Of a stretch of 18,127 nucleotides of DNA, positions 1 through 7,400 are shown in pieces. The translations under genes and the position numbers were made by a program. How positions within the stretch are numbered: position 1 is the stretch's first letter; each line of letters begins with the position of its first letter. The notes under the pieces are model-generated. The model did no database searches. It was not told where the DNA came from and saw nothing but the letters and a program-made list of their open reading frames with translations. This DNA is from Clostridia bacterium (GTDB taxonomy: Bacteria > Bacillota > Clostridia > CAKSNL01 > HGM11501), in NCBI GenBank assembly GCA_045545475.1, contig JAZQAZ010000039.1, forward strand, positions 1 to 18,127, in the 5' to 3' direction.

Positions 1-139
1 CATCGTCTTTATCCAGGTCTCTGTCTTTCCCATACTCGCTTTCAAGAATATTTAAGTACTTATAGAGAGCCTTATAGGTATCTCCCTCTATTGCCGGGAC
101 TTTCTCAATGTCTTTAACGTTTCCTAACTTGTATACCAT
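1..139 (-). CDS. Hypothetical protein, 5' part only (runs off the left edge); MVYKLGNVKDIEKVPAIEGDTYKALYKYLNILESEYGKDRDLDKDD...
   Basis: Not in the ORF track. ATG at 139 on the minus strand with AGGAGG upstream, overlapping the stop of 154..531; frame open to the window edge. Confidence 0.8.
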   Translation of the reverse strand, partial: MVYKLGNVKDIEKVPAIEGDTYKALYKYLNILESEYGKDRDLDKDD

Positions 140-153
140 TCTCAGGCGCCTCC

Positions 154-531
154 TTAAAACACGAAAAATCCCGAATTAATTGTGCGTTCCACATCACCGG
201 GAGAAAATGTATCGGGTTTCTCGAAGATTTTCTTGTAAGCTTCAATATTCTCTTCAGACAAAGAAGCCAGGTCTTCTTCTCCGTTACCTATCACATAGAA
301 TACGCCACAGAGAATATCACAGCCTAATCTGCGGTTAGGTTCAAGACCTATGAGCTTCCCTTCCTCGTTACAGAGAATGCACACGTCCTCGGAAATTGTT
401 ATGATTTCAATAAGACCTCTTTCATCTGCTCCTATTGATACCGCATCCTGCAGTGATTCAAGTTCATTCTTGATTGTCGTTACCTTGGGTGCTTTTCCCG
501 GCTCCACCATAAGAACCTTGATTTCTTTCAT
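154..531 (-). CDS. DUF3846-like domain protein (mobile-element associated)
   Basis: Motifs KVLMVEPGKAP, LESLQDAV, LCNEEGKLIGLEPNR, DILCGVFYVIG, SLSEE match my recollection of DUF3846; GGAGG RBS upstream. Confidence 0.8.
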   Translation of the reverse strand: MKEIKVLMVEPGKAPKVTTIKNELESLQDAVSIGADERGLIEIITISEDVCILCNEEGKLIGLEPNRRLGCDILCGVFYVIGNGEEDLASLSEENIEAYKKIFEKPDTFSPGDVERTINSGFFVF

Positions 532-560
532 TAGATTTATACCTCCAAAAAAACAAAGAT

Positions 561-588
561 ACCGATAGTAGCATCTGCCACTATCGGT
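561..588 (-). terminator. Hairpin followed by a U-rich tract (terminator, attenuator or operator) upstream of the 154..531 gene
   Basis: ACCGATAGT (561-569) / ACTATCGGT (580-588) inverted repeat; on the minus strand it is followed by ATCTTTGTTTTTTT and then GGAGG. Confidence 0.55.
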
Positions 589-593
589 TCAAT

Positions 594-622
594 GTTATAA
601 TATATATTTATAAAATCCGCAA
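594..622 (-). promoter_or_regulatory. Putative sigmaA promoter TTGCGG-N17-TATAAC
   Basis: -35 at 622-617, -10 at 599-594, 17-nt AT-rich spacer, pointing at 154..531. Confidence 0.5.
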
Positions 623-633
623 AAACGCTTTTA

Positions 634-1035
634 TCACATAGCAAAAAGCTCTCTCAAATTGTTTTTTATTATGTCTTCTTCGGTAAAGGTTTCTTTTTTA
701 ATAAATTTATGTGTATATTTCTTAATTTCATCGTCATTAAGAGACCTAGGGAAATAGGCCTCATCCACAGCTATTATATAAATAACTCCGGCAAGAATAT
801 CTTTACCTATACGCCTATTTGCTTCCAGCCCTGAAAAAGCTCTTCCTTTGTTGTATATCACATATATTCCTGTATCTATTTTTTTAACGCCTATCTCTCC
901 CGGTTCATCAGCACCTATGCTTATAGCGCAACCGAAAGCTTTTACTGACGTGTTAAGGAATGCAACTCGTGGCTTTTTCCTTGGTTCTATCATCAAAACT
1001 TTTATATCTTGTTCTTTCAAAATTTTATACCTCAT
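634..1035 (-). CDS. Diverged DUF3846-like paralog
   Basis: Aligns by eye to 154..531 (IKVLMIEPRKKP, AISIGADE, GLEANRRIGKDILAGVIYII, SLNDDEI); its ATG overlaps the upstream stop (ATGA). Confidence 0.7.
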   Translation of the reverse strand: MRYKILKEQDIKVLMIEPRKKPRVAFLNTSVKAFGCAISIGADEPGEIGVKKIDTGIYVIYNKGRAFSGLEANRRIGKDILAGVIYIIAVDEAYFPRSLNDDEIKKYTHKFIKKETFTEEDIIKNNLRELFAM

Positions 1036-1229
1036 GTAAGCGGAAGATATTCTCTATCAGGATCATTCAAGATTCCTTCCAAGACTTCCCTGTCTACGAA
1101 TATTCGTCCGCCTATTATTTTATATGTAAGATATTTCTTCACAAAACACCTTATCCTTTTCTTGCTCACCGGCAAGTATTCCTTTTGAATATCGTCAATA
1201 TTCAAGAATTTTCTTACTATCTTTTCTAT
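1032..1229 (-). CDS. Excisionase-like / MerR-type winged HTH small DNA-binding protein (not in the ORF track; start ATA 1229 or TTG 1205)
   Basis: Open frame IEKIVRKFLNIDDIQKEYLPVSKKRIRCFVKKYLTYKIIGGRIFVDREVLEGILNDPDREYLPLT*. It fills the gap between its neighbours, its TGA overlaps the next ATG, and it shows an Xis-like helix-helix-'KIIGGRIFVDR' wing pattern. Confidence 0.65.
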   Translation of the reverse strand: MEKIVRKFLNIDDIQKEYLPVSKKRIRCFVKKYLTYKIIGGRIFVDREVLEGILNDPDREYLPLT

Positions 1230-1543
1230 ATCATTCTACCTCCTTTAGTTTTCTTTTTGTCATTCTTTTCTTCTACCTCACAGGTTCTGCCATCAAATAA
1301 TCTGAATATCTTTACCTCTTTGCCATATACCTTAAGTTCATCAATCTTAGCTAAAGCTCTTCCCAGTGCTACAGCCTCACTTTGAGTCAGCTTATCTGTT
1401 AAGAAACAGTCCTTGTGCACAGAAGGATGTTTCCCGGGTACGGTCTTATTTATGGTATCAATTATGACATCTTCATAATATCTTAAGTCTATGTTCCTGT
1501 GAGAGGAGTCAGCAAGTCTACATTTGCGTATTGTTTTGGTCAT
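1226..1543 (-). CDS. Hypothetical protein (105 aa)
   Basis: ORF with an AGGAG RBS; co-oriented with and overlapping the downstream small gene; no family recognised. Confidence 0.65.
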   Translation of the reverse strand: MTKTIRKCRLADSSHRNIDLRYYEDVIIDTINKTVPGKHPSVHKDCFLTDKLTQSEAVALGRALAKIDELKVYGKEVKIFRLFDGRTCEVEEKNDKKKTKGGRMI

Positions 1544-1652
1544 AATGTATCTCTCCTATTTTATTGTTTATTAAAAGGGCGTAATTTTTTTAATTTTGTC
1601 CTTCTAATTATTTGTTGGTTTTTTCGAGTCCGTTTAGCACCGGTTTTATTTT

Positions 1653-1732
1653 TACGCAAAAAATACGCTGTATTTACGCACATTTTACGCACAGAAACCC
1701 TTGCACTTCAAGGCTTTATACGCAAATACGCA
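1653..1732. repeat. Iteron-like TACGC(A/T) array around an AAACCCTTG-N5-CAAGGCTTT palindrome
   Basis: Hexamers start at 1653, 1664, 1675, 1686, 1719 and 1727; palindrome arms at 1695-1703 and 1709-1717 (8/9 complementary). Confidence 0.75.
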
Positions 1733-1807
1733 CTTTTTCGAGAAATAAAAGGTAATTTTGAATCATGATGTGAACCGTTGATGCTTTTATGGGATTTTTT
1801 ATATATA

Positions 1808-1847
1808 AAGAAAACAAGTGTTTCGTTTCCGAAACACTTGTTTTCTT
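1808..1847. terminator. Perfect 18-bp inverted repeat, probable bidirectional intrinsic terminator
   Basis: AAGAAAACAAGTGTTTCG-TTTC-CGAAACACTTGTTTTCTT. Confidence 0.75.
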
Positions 1848-1890
1848 CTGTTTATTTATTTGTTAGTTTGTAGCCGTCTTTTCCCGAGAA

Positions 1891-1925
1891 AAATCCCGCT
1901 AAAGCATAAAAGCCACCGAAATGGT
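1891..1925. repeat. Imperfect 35-bp direct repeat, copy 1 (copy 2 at 7883-7917)
   Basis: AAATCCCGCTAAAGCATAAAAGCCACCGAAATGGT vs AAATCCCGCTAAAGTATAAAAAATACTAAAATGGT; 29/35 identical, first 14 bp exact, no gaps. Confidence 0.75.
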
Positions 1926-2088
1926 GGCTTTTACATAGAGTGATCCTATAATTATCAAGGTAGTAAGCGAAGGAAGGGTTGCTTATTGCATAATAAACAT
2001 TGTTGTCCACAGGGGCTTATCGACTAAAAGCCCCTATGGAAGGGAGGGATATGAAAACAAAATATGGTTAATAGTCTTATAATACCAT
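1905..2088 (-). ncRNA. Candidate ~180-nt small RNA with CU-rich (anti-SD-like) motifs
   Basis: Bounded by a near-consensus promoter (2095-2123) and a terminator (1907-1933); internal 13-bp hairpin at 2006-2040; CCCUCCCUUCC and CCCUUCCUUC motifs; only very short ORFs seen. Ends are approximate. Confidence 0.5.
1907..1933. terminator. Intrinsic terminator hairpin (symmetric; would end the minus-strand sRNA)
   Basis: TAAAAGCCACC-GAAAT-GGTGGCTTTTA, an 11-bp perfect stem with T tracts on both strands. Confidence 0.75.
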
Positions 2089-2094
2089 TTCGCT

Positions 2095-2123
2095 ACTATA
2101 TCCTCGTTATCTAAAACTTTCAA
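2095..2123 (-). promoter_or_regulatory. sigmaA promoter TTGAAA-N17-TATAGT
   Basis: -35 at 2123-2118, -10 at 2100-2095, exact 17-nt spacer; 5/6 match in both boxes. Confidence 0.65.
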
Positions 2124-2215
2124 GCCTTCGGAACTAATACCTCAAATGTATCTTTTGCGTGTTTTTTACATATTTGTTATTCCTTACGACTTCAAAGTCA
2201 AGATACTTAAAATTT

Positions 2216-4624
2216 TTATTTTTCAATTGTAATTGTCTGTGTTGTACCATCCCAGGAAACGTTATATCCGAGCATTTCTGATACGAATCTTACAGGAATA
2301 AATGTACGTGAATCTTTAATTCTCGGAGCAGATGTAAGAGTATACATTGTGTGACCGTAGACGGGATCTTCGACATAAACGCGCTTATTCTGAATCTGCA
2401 GCTTTATTTCGAGAAGGCCTTTTTTAAGTGTAATGGTCTGTGTATCTCCATCCCAGATGATTTCACATCCCATTTCTTCCACAAGACCGCGGAGAGGAAT
2501 GAGTGTTGAACCTGCAGAAGTGATATAAGGAGCTACGTCAATGGTTTTTGTGTAGGACTCCTTACCCTTTTCAACCTTTATTTCGTTGGAGCCTATCTGC
2601 ATTGTGAACTTGGCTGAATCGCTTGTCTTCATCTTATCTTCATAGGTCTGCCAGAAGTAAAGACCTGCACAGCTTACTCTGTAATTAGAGTATTCGGTTA
2701 CTTCGATTTCAACATAACGAGCTGTTACAGAATCATCAAAATAAATGAGTTTTTCATCTAAATTTTTCTTGGGGAAGCTGTAGTCTTCAAGAACAGGGAA
2801 ATAGTCTACGCCATCTGAGCTTGCCCAAACATTAAATTTAAGCCAGTAACCGTGATAGTCCTTAGACTGTCTGGGGCGTACAGACATTGCGCTGAAGTTT
2901 TTAACTTCGCCAAGGTCAATTGCAATAATAACAGGTTCACCGCCCTGGATTTCTTCTGTCTGCCAGGTCTGACCGCTAACTATGGTGGACACATTGGTGT
3001 TTGCCCAGGCAGGAAGGTCATTTTCTGCTTTAATAGTGGTAGGGTCAATTTTATGAAGCTTGTTTTCATTCATTGTTTGGTTGAAATCTTCATAAGGTAC
3101 AACAAGGGTATCTGCCTTTCCGGGGATAAGCTCTAATTCTGCCAAGGTTGCATAACCGCCGCTACCTTCAAGCACCTCGAAACGAATACGCTTTACTTCG
3201 ATACCGCAGGCAAAATCTACTGTTATCGCACCATAAGCGGAAGGCAACGCTTCTTCCATAAGCATGAACAGTTCTCCCTCATCTTCTCTTGAAGCATAGA
3301 GTCTGTACTTTTTAATCGCACCGGTTGTTCTGTCGCTTCTGGGAGTGAGTTTCATACCTGTTATAAGTGTAAGCTTGGGAAGTGTGATATCAACATCATA
3401 AGGAGGCATATCGTGGCTTAAAACCTGTCCGTTTGCTTCTTCGTAGTTAGTGTGCCAGAAGCTTGTTACATCGCCGTCCAAAATCTTTTCAACTTTACCC
3501 CAGCTCTTTTCGGAGTTTGTTGAGATAATCCAGTCGGAAGTATCAAACTTTTCGGGATAGGGATTTTCAGCCTTTTCTTCGGCAGCACCTTCTGTTACCA
3601 CGTCCTTAATGTTAAGGAAGTCAATTTCTGCACAAGTACCGTGGTTTCCTGCACCTTTGGTAACAACAATGGTCATTTTCTTTGCATTTACGGTCTTTCC
3701 GAATTTAACAGTCTGCCAGGTAGTATCTGTCTGAACAAATGTAGCCTTTTTAACAAGGGCACCCTTATCTTCTCCGCTTTCGGATGCGTAAATTTCAATT
3801 TCAAGCCATCTTCCGCTCTGTCCGTCCTGACGGGGCAAGTATTTCATAGTGTTTACTTCTTCAACCTTGGGGAAAGTAATTTCCAAAGTGTAAGGAGGCT
3901 TATCGCTGCTTGTTATAACAGAACCTTCTGCGGTATATTTGGAATGCCAGTAAGTGTTTTCCTTTCCGTCTGCCATTCTGTCAACAAAGCCCCATCCGCT
4001 CATTTCGGAGGATGCAGTTAAAGTCCATTCTGTTTTATCAAGCTTTGTAATTACAGCTTCTGTTGCCGCACTATCGCTTGAAGCAACACTGTCACTTCCT
4101 GTACTTGCTCCGATAAAGTTAAATTCTGCTGCGGCACCGTTAACACTGGCGCTCTTTGTTACAACGATGGTAATTTTCTTTGCGTTATAAGATTTCTTAA
4201 ACTTTGTTACAACCTCATCCATTGCTGCTGTATTTTCAATATTTACTGTTGCGGCAAGTTCGCCCTTGTCAGTTCCTGTGGATGAAATATAAACCTCATA
4301 AGTTGTAAGGTGTCCTGACTGATGGTCCTGACGAGGAAGATATGCCATACCGGAAATCGCGGTTGTCTTAGGCAAAGTAATTTCAATTGTGTGAGGAAGC
4401 GGATCCTTGTGAGTTATTGTTGAGCCTTCCGCTATGTATTTTGTGTGCCAGAAGGTTTTGGAATCTCCGTCAAATGCTCTGTCAATAAAGCCCCATCCGT
4501 TCATTTCGGAAGATGCGGTATATGTCCAGTCGCTTCTGTCAAGATACTCATCGGCAGAAGATACTACTGTAAAAAGGGACAAAGCGAGGATAAGCGCTAA
4601 AGTTAATGCAAATATCTTTTTCAT
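2216..4624 (-). CDS. Secreted protein with four tandem F5/8 type C (discoidin/CBM32-like) domains and a C-terminal Cu-amine-oxidase-N ('stalk') domain
   Basis: Signal peptide MKKIFALTLALILALSLFTVVSSA; three W..TASSE...DG....WH repeats with YLPRQ/LTPR plus a diverged fourth (IDLGEVK..VRPRQ..SSDG..ARYVEI); C-terminal APYI..TLIPLRGLVEEMG..WDG and APRIKDSRTFIPVRFVSEMLGYNVSWDG. Confidence 0.88.
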   Translation of the reverse strand: MKKIFALTLALILALSLFTVVSSADEYLDRSDWTYTASSEMNGWGFIDRAFDGDSKTFWHTKYIAEGSTITHKDPLPHTIEITLPKTTAISGMAYLPRQDHQSGHLTTYEVYISSTGTDKGELAATVNIENTAAMDEVVTKFKKSYNAKKITIVVTKSASVNGAAAEFNFIGASTGSDSVASSDSAATEAVITKLDKTEWTLTASSEMSGWGFVDRMADGKENTYWHSKYTAEGSVITSSDKPPYTLEITFPKVEEVNTMKYLPRQDGQSGRWLEIEIYASESGEDKGALVKKATFVQTDTTWQTVKFGKTVNAKKMTIVVTKGAGNHGTCAEIDFLNIKDVVTEGAAEEKAENPYPEKFDTSDWIISTNSEKSWGKVEKILDGDVTSFWHTNYEEANGQVLSHDMPPYDVDITLPKLTLITGMKLTPRSDRTTGAIKKYRLYASREDEGELFMLMEEALPSAYGAITVDFACGIEVKRIRFEVLEGSGGYATLAELELIPGKADTLVVPYEDFNQTMNENKLHKIDPTTIKAENDLPAWANTNVSTIVSGQTWQTEEIQGGEPVIIAIDLGEVKNFSAMSVRPRQSKDYHGYWLKFNVWASSDGVDYFPVLEDYSFPKKNLDEKLIYFDDSVTARYVEIEVTEYSNYRVSCAGLYFWQTYEDKMKTSDSAKFTMQIGSNEIKVEKGKESYTKTIDVAPYITSAGSTLIPLRGLVEEMGCEIIWDGDTQTITLKKGLLEIKLQIQNKRVYVEDPVYGHTMYTLTSAPRIKDSRTFIPVRFVSEMLGYNVSWDGTTQTITIEK

Positions 4625-4637
4625 AATTAGTCCCTCC

Positions 4638-7370
4638 TTAACCTAAGTGATTTGCAACCGCTGTTACAGTTGCATCGTCTATTGCGGTTTTGGAAACAGC
4701 ATAAAGTCCGTTTCCGAAATTCTTAACATTCCATCCGAATACATCGGCAAGGTATGAAACGGGAACATAAATCATTCCGTTTGCTACCGTAACGGGAGCT
4801 GTAAGTGTCTTTACAACGCCGTTGTTTCTTGCTTCTGTTGAGCCGATTACATTGTATGTCCATTCCATGTTGGTAATTTCCTTGTAGTCTTCGGACAAGT
4901 CGTGTCTTGAAAGATGAACAATGTTCTGTTCAGAATCATATTCAACCTTTGAAAGACCATAACCTAAAATTTCTTCATAGGTCTTGAAAGGCACATAAAG
5001 TGTGCCGTTTGATTCAAATGCTGTAATTCTTGTATCTGCTTCATAAACAGGCATCTTACCGCCGGATACAATCATCTTAGCCGCACCTGCTTTGATTATT
5101 GATGTACCTTTAAGAGCACTTCTTTCAGCATCAGTCAAAGCGGTCTGAGGAATTTCTGTATAGAGATAGTTAAATCTTCCGACAGGAGCTGAGCTTCCTT
5201 CTGAATAGAAGTCAAGTAAGTCACCCGAAGTGATGGAATCTGTCCACTTAAATTCAAACTCTGCCTTGTCTGTTTCACCGATTAATGCCTTGGGAACTGA
5301 CATCACAAGAACATTATCGGTAACCTTAAAGGGTGCTGTTCCGATATTTTCCCAGGTGCTTCCGTTATACTTTGCAACTATACCTTCGCCAAGTACATTT
5401 ACGGAATAGTCATATCCTTCCCAACCTGTTGCATAGTTTCTGTCGGTGTTTAAGTAAAGATTCATCCAACCTTCTGTTCCCTGCTTAATTGTCTTAATCG
5501 TTTTTGCATAGAAATAGAAGTTTGCATCGTCTCTTGCAACCTTTGAACGCATAATTGCATTGTTAATGGTTGTAGTATAGTGGATGTTCTCCTTTGTAGC
5601 TGTATCAAGATAGCCGTAGGAATCTCTTTCTGAATCACCCGAAAGGCTGATATATTCTGGAGCAACGCTGTTCCACTGTGCTGCATCTCCGTTAACATCA
5701 ATGGTAACCTTTTCACTTGCTACTGGAGCAGGACGAACGCCCTTATACTTTCTTATAAAGTCAACTAAAAGATTGTAATAGTCGTCTTTAATGTAGCTTC
5801 TTGAAGGTTCAAAGTCACGGCTGTTTTCTTCGTCGAAAAGGTCAACGAAAGCAACCTTGTGACCCTTATAGTCAGAATATTTGGGCGTGGTCCATTCGTT
5901 CCAACCGTCAATCATAACGAATGCAGGATCCACATCCAAAGCAAGAGCTGACTGTTCACGGAAGAAGTATGCCTTTCTGCCGTTATCAGCGGAATAATCT
6001 TCACCGAAAGCTTCGGAGAAGCCTCTGCCCTTTGCATAAGGATCTGAGAATACACCTGTCTTTGTTCCCTTGTCAACTGTGGACTGGTTGATACCAACAC
6101 CAACAGTTACACTTTCAATTCTGCCATCTGCTCTTTCTACACCACGAAGAGGCTGAGGATAGTTATCAAGCCAGGAAATATCGTTTAAGTGACCGTCGGA
6201 ATTCATACGGTTTCCGTGCTGTCTGAAACTGAAAGTCTCATCTATTGTTCTTTTAAGTGTAAGTAAGTCGCTATCCTTTATGGGAATGTTAACATCGGAT
6301 ACGGGATAGCCTGCAACAAAGGGCTTTCCGTCCCATATAAACCATAAGTTACTGTATTTTTCGTTTTTAATTACACTATAATAAAGCATTGCCATCTGGT
6401 CAAATCTGCTGGTGCCGTTGTTTGTCATGTTACCATAGATTGTAACCTTAGGAATATTATGACCTTCTGCTTTAGATTCGCACATTGCATCAAGCATTAC
6501 CTTTAACTGATGTGAGAAAATAGTGTTTCCGTTTGTATAGTCAAGGGATAAAGCGTCTACACCTGCTGATGCAAAAAGTTCCATCTGCTTTTTGTAAACC
6601 CAGAAATCATTACTTAAATAAAATCCGTAAACAGGCTCGCCCCAGAAATATTTACTCATATGATCGCCCCAGGCTTCGTGAGCAAAGTCATATCTTGCCT
6701 CGGGTGCTTTTTTAAGTATTTCGGGAACAATCTGATTATAGGTTTTATTGGGACTTGTGTGCCAGTTATGATAGAAAATCATAACCTTTCTCTCGCCTTC
6801 TTTTACAGCACCTGTTTCTTCAAAGTCCGCAACTTTTCTGCCGTAGCTGTCTGTTGCCGCCCATGTATCTGAATAACTGTCAATTATAGCAGAATCAGGA
6901 ATGGGAGCTTCCGCTACTACTGCATCGTTATAAAGGGAAACACCCTTTATTCTCCAGTTTTGGTTGTTTTCAACTAAAGTTGAAACAAAGTAAAGATTAT
7001 GTACACCTGTTACCTCTTTGATGTTTGCTCTAACGGTTATGTCTTTGTCTGCAGAAAGCTGGTTAAAAGACACAAATCCGATTGCGTCACCATAAGGATC
7101 GTCAATTTTAATACGGAAAACCTCCGCATTACCGCCTGACCATGTACCTGTTAAACCGATGGACTTTACTCCGGTAAGGTCAACCCCTTTAATTCCGAAA
7201 TAGCCCATCGCCTTTTTGACGTAGAAATAATCTCCGTCTACCGTTAAGCCTTCGGCGTTTTCTGTCATATCCGAAAGCTTGTAGGTTTTTGTTTCTTCCG
7301 CACTTGCTATTGATACCATTGATAAAATCATAAGCATCGCAAGTAATGCAGAAACAAGTCTTTTTGCCAT
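4638..7370 (-). CDS. Secreted CBM6-like + GH99/GH71-like glycoside hydrolase with a C-terminal Cu-amine-oxidase-N ('stalk') domain
   Basis: Signal peptide; CBM6-like VDLTG..IKIDDPYG..VTGVHNLYFV; catalytic-like FYHNWH, FWGEPVYGFYLSND, AGVDALSLD, GKPFV, IDGWNEW; C-terminal NGTLYVP and APVTVANGMIYVPVSYLADVFGWNV; AAGGAGG RBS. Confidence 0.75.
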   Translation of the reverse strand: MAKRLVSALLAMLMILSMVSIASAEETKTYKLSDMTENAEGLTVDGDYFYVKKAMGYFGIKGVDLTGVKSIGLTGTWSGGNAEVFRIKIDDPYGDAIGFVSFNQLSADKDITVRANIKEVTGVHNLYFVSTLVENNQNWRIKGVSLYNDAVVAEAPIPDSAIIDSYSDTWAATDSYGRKVADFEETGAVKEGERKVMIFYHNWHTSPNKTYNQIVPEILKKAPEARYDFAHEAWGDHMSKYFWGEPVYGFYLSNDFWVYKKQMELFASAGVDALSLDYTNGNTIFSHQLKVMLDAMCESKAEGHNIPKVTIYGNMTNNGTSRFDQMAMLYYSVIKNEKYSNLWFIWDGKPFVAGYPVSDVNIPIKDSDLLTLKRTIDETFSFRQHGNRMNSDGHLNDISWLDNYPQPLRGVERADGRIESVTVGVGINQSTVDKGTKTGVFSDPYAKGRGFSEAFGEDYSADNGRKAYFFREQSALALDVDPAFVMIDGWNEWTTPKYSDYKGHKVAFVDLFDEENSRDFEPSRSYIKDDYYNLLVDFIRKYKGVRPAPVASEKVTIDVNGDAAQWNSVAPEYISLSGDSERDSYGYLDTATKENIHYTTTINNAIMRSKVARDDANFYFYAKTIKTIKQGTEGWMNLYLNTDRNYATGWEGYDYSVNVLGEGIVAKYNGSTWENIGTAPFKVTDNVLVMSVPKALIGETDKAEFEFKWTDSITSGDLLDFYSEGSSAPVGRFNYLYTEIPQTALTDAERSALKGTSIIKAGAAKMIVSGGKMPVYEADTRITAFESNGTLYVPFKTYEEILGYGLSKVEYDSEQNIVHLSRHDLSEDYKEITNMEWTYNVIGSTEARNNGVVKTLTAPVTVANGMIYVPVSYLADVFGWNVKNFGNGLYAVSKTAIDDATVTAVANHLG

Positions 7371-7400
7371 AATTTTTTCCTCCTTAAATTAACTTATGAT

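Noticed and set aside
1653-1732. CRISPR array or coding repeat
   Set aside because: Units are 6-bp cores at an 11-bp period with no repeat-spacer structure, and there are no cas genes.
350-1768. Plus-strand ORFs 350..568, 848..1039, 960..1385 and 1499..1768
   Set aside because: Antisense to better-supported genes or running across the iteron array; no recognisable motifs.
1961-2098. Retron msr/msd (terminal inverted repeats around a hairpin) or 6S RNA
   Set aside because: No reverse transcriptase in the window, and no end-to-end rod with a central bubble.
2216-4624. Copper amine oxidase enzyme or sialidase
   Set aside because: Only the non-catalytic stalk domain and binding domains are present; no catalytic domain or Asp-box repeats were seen.
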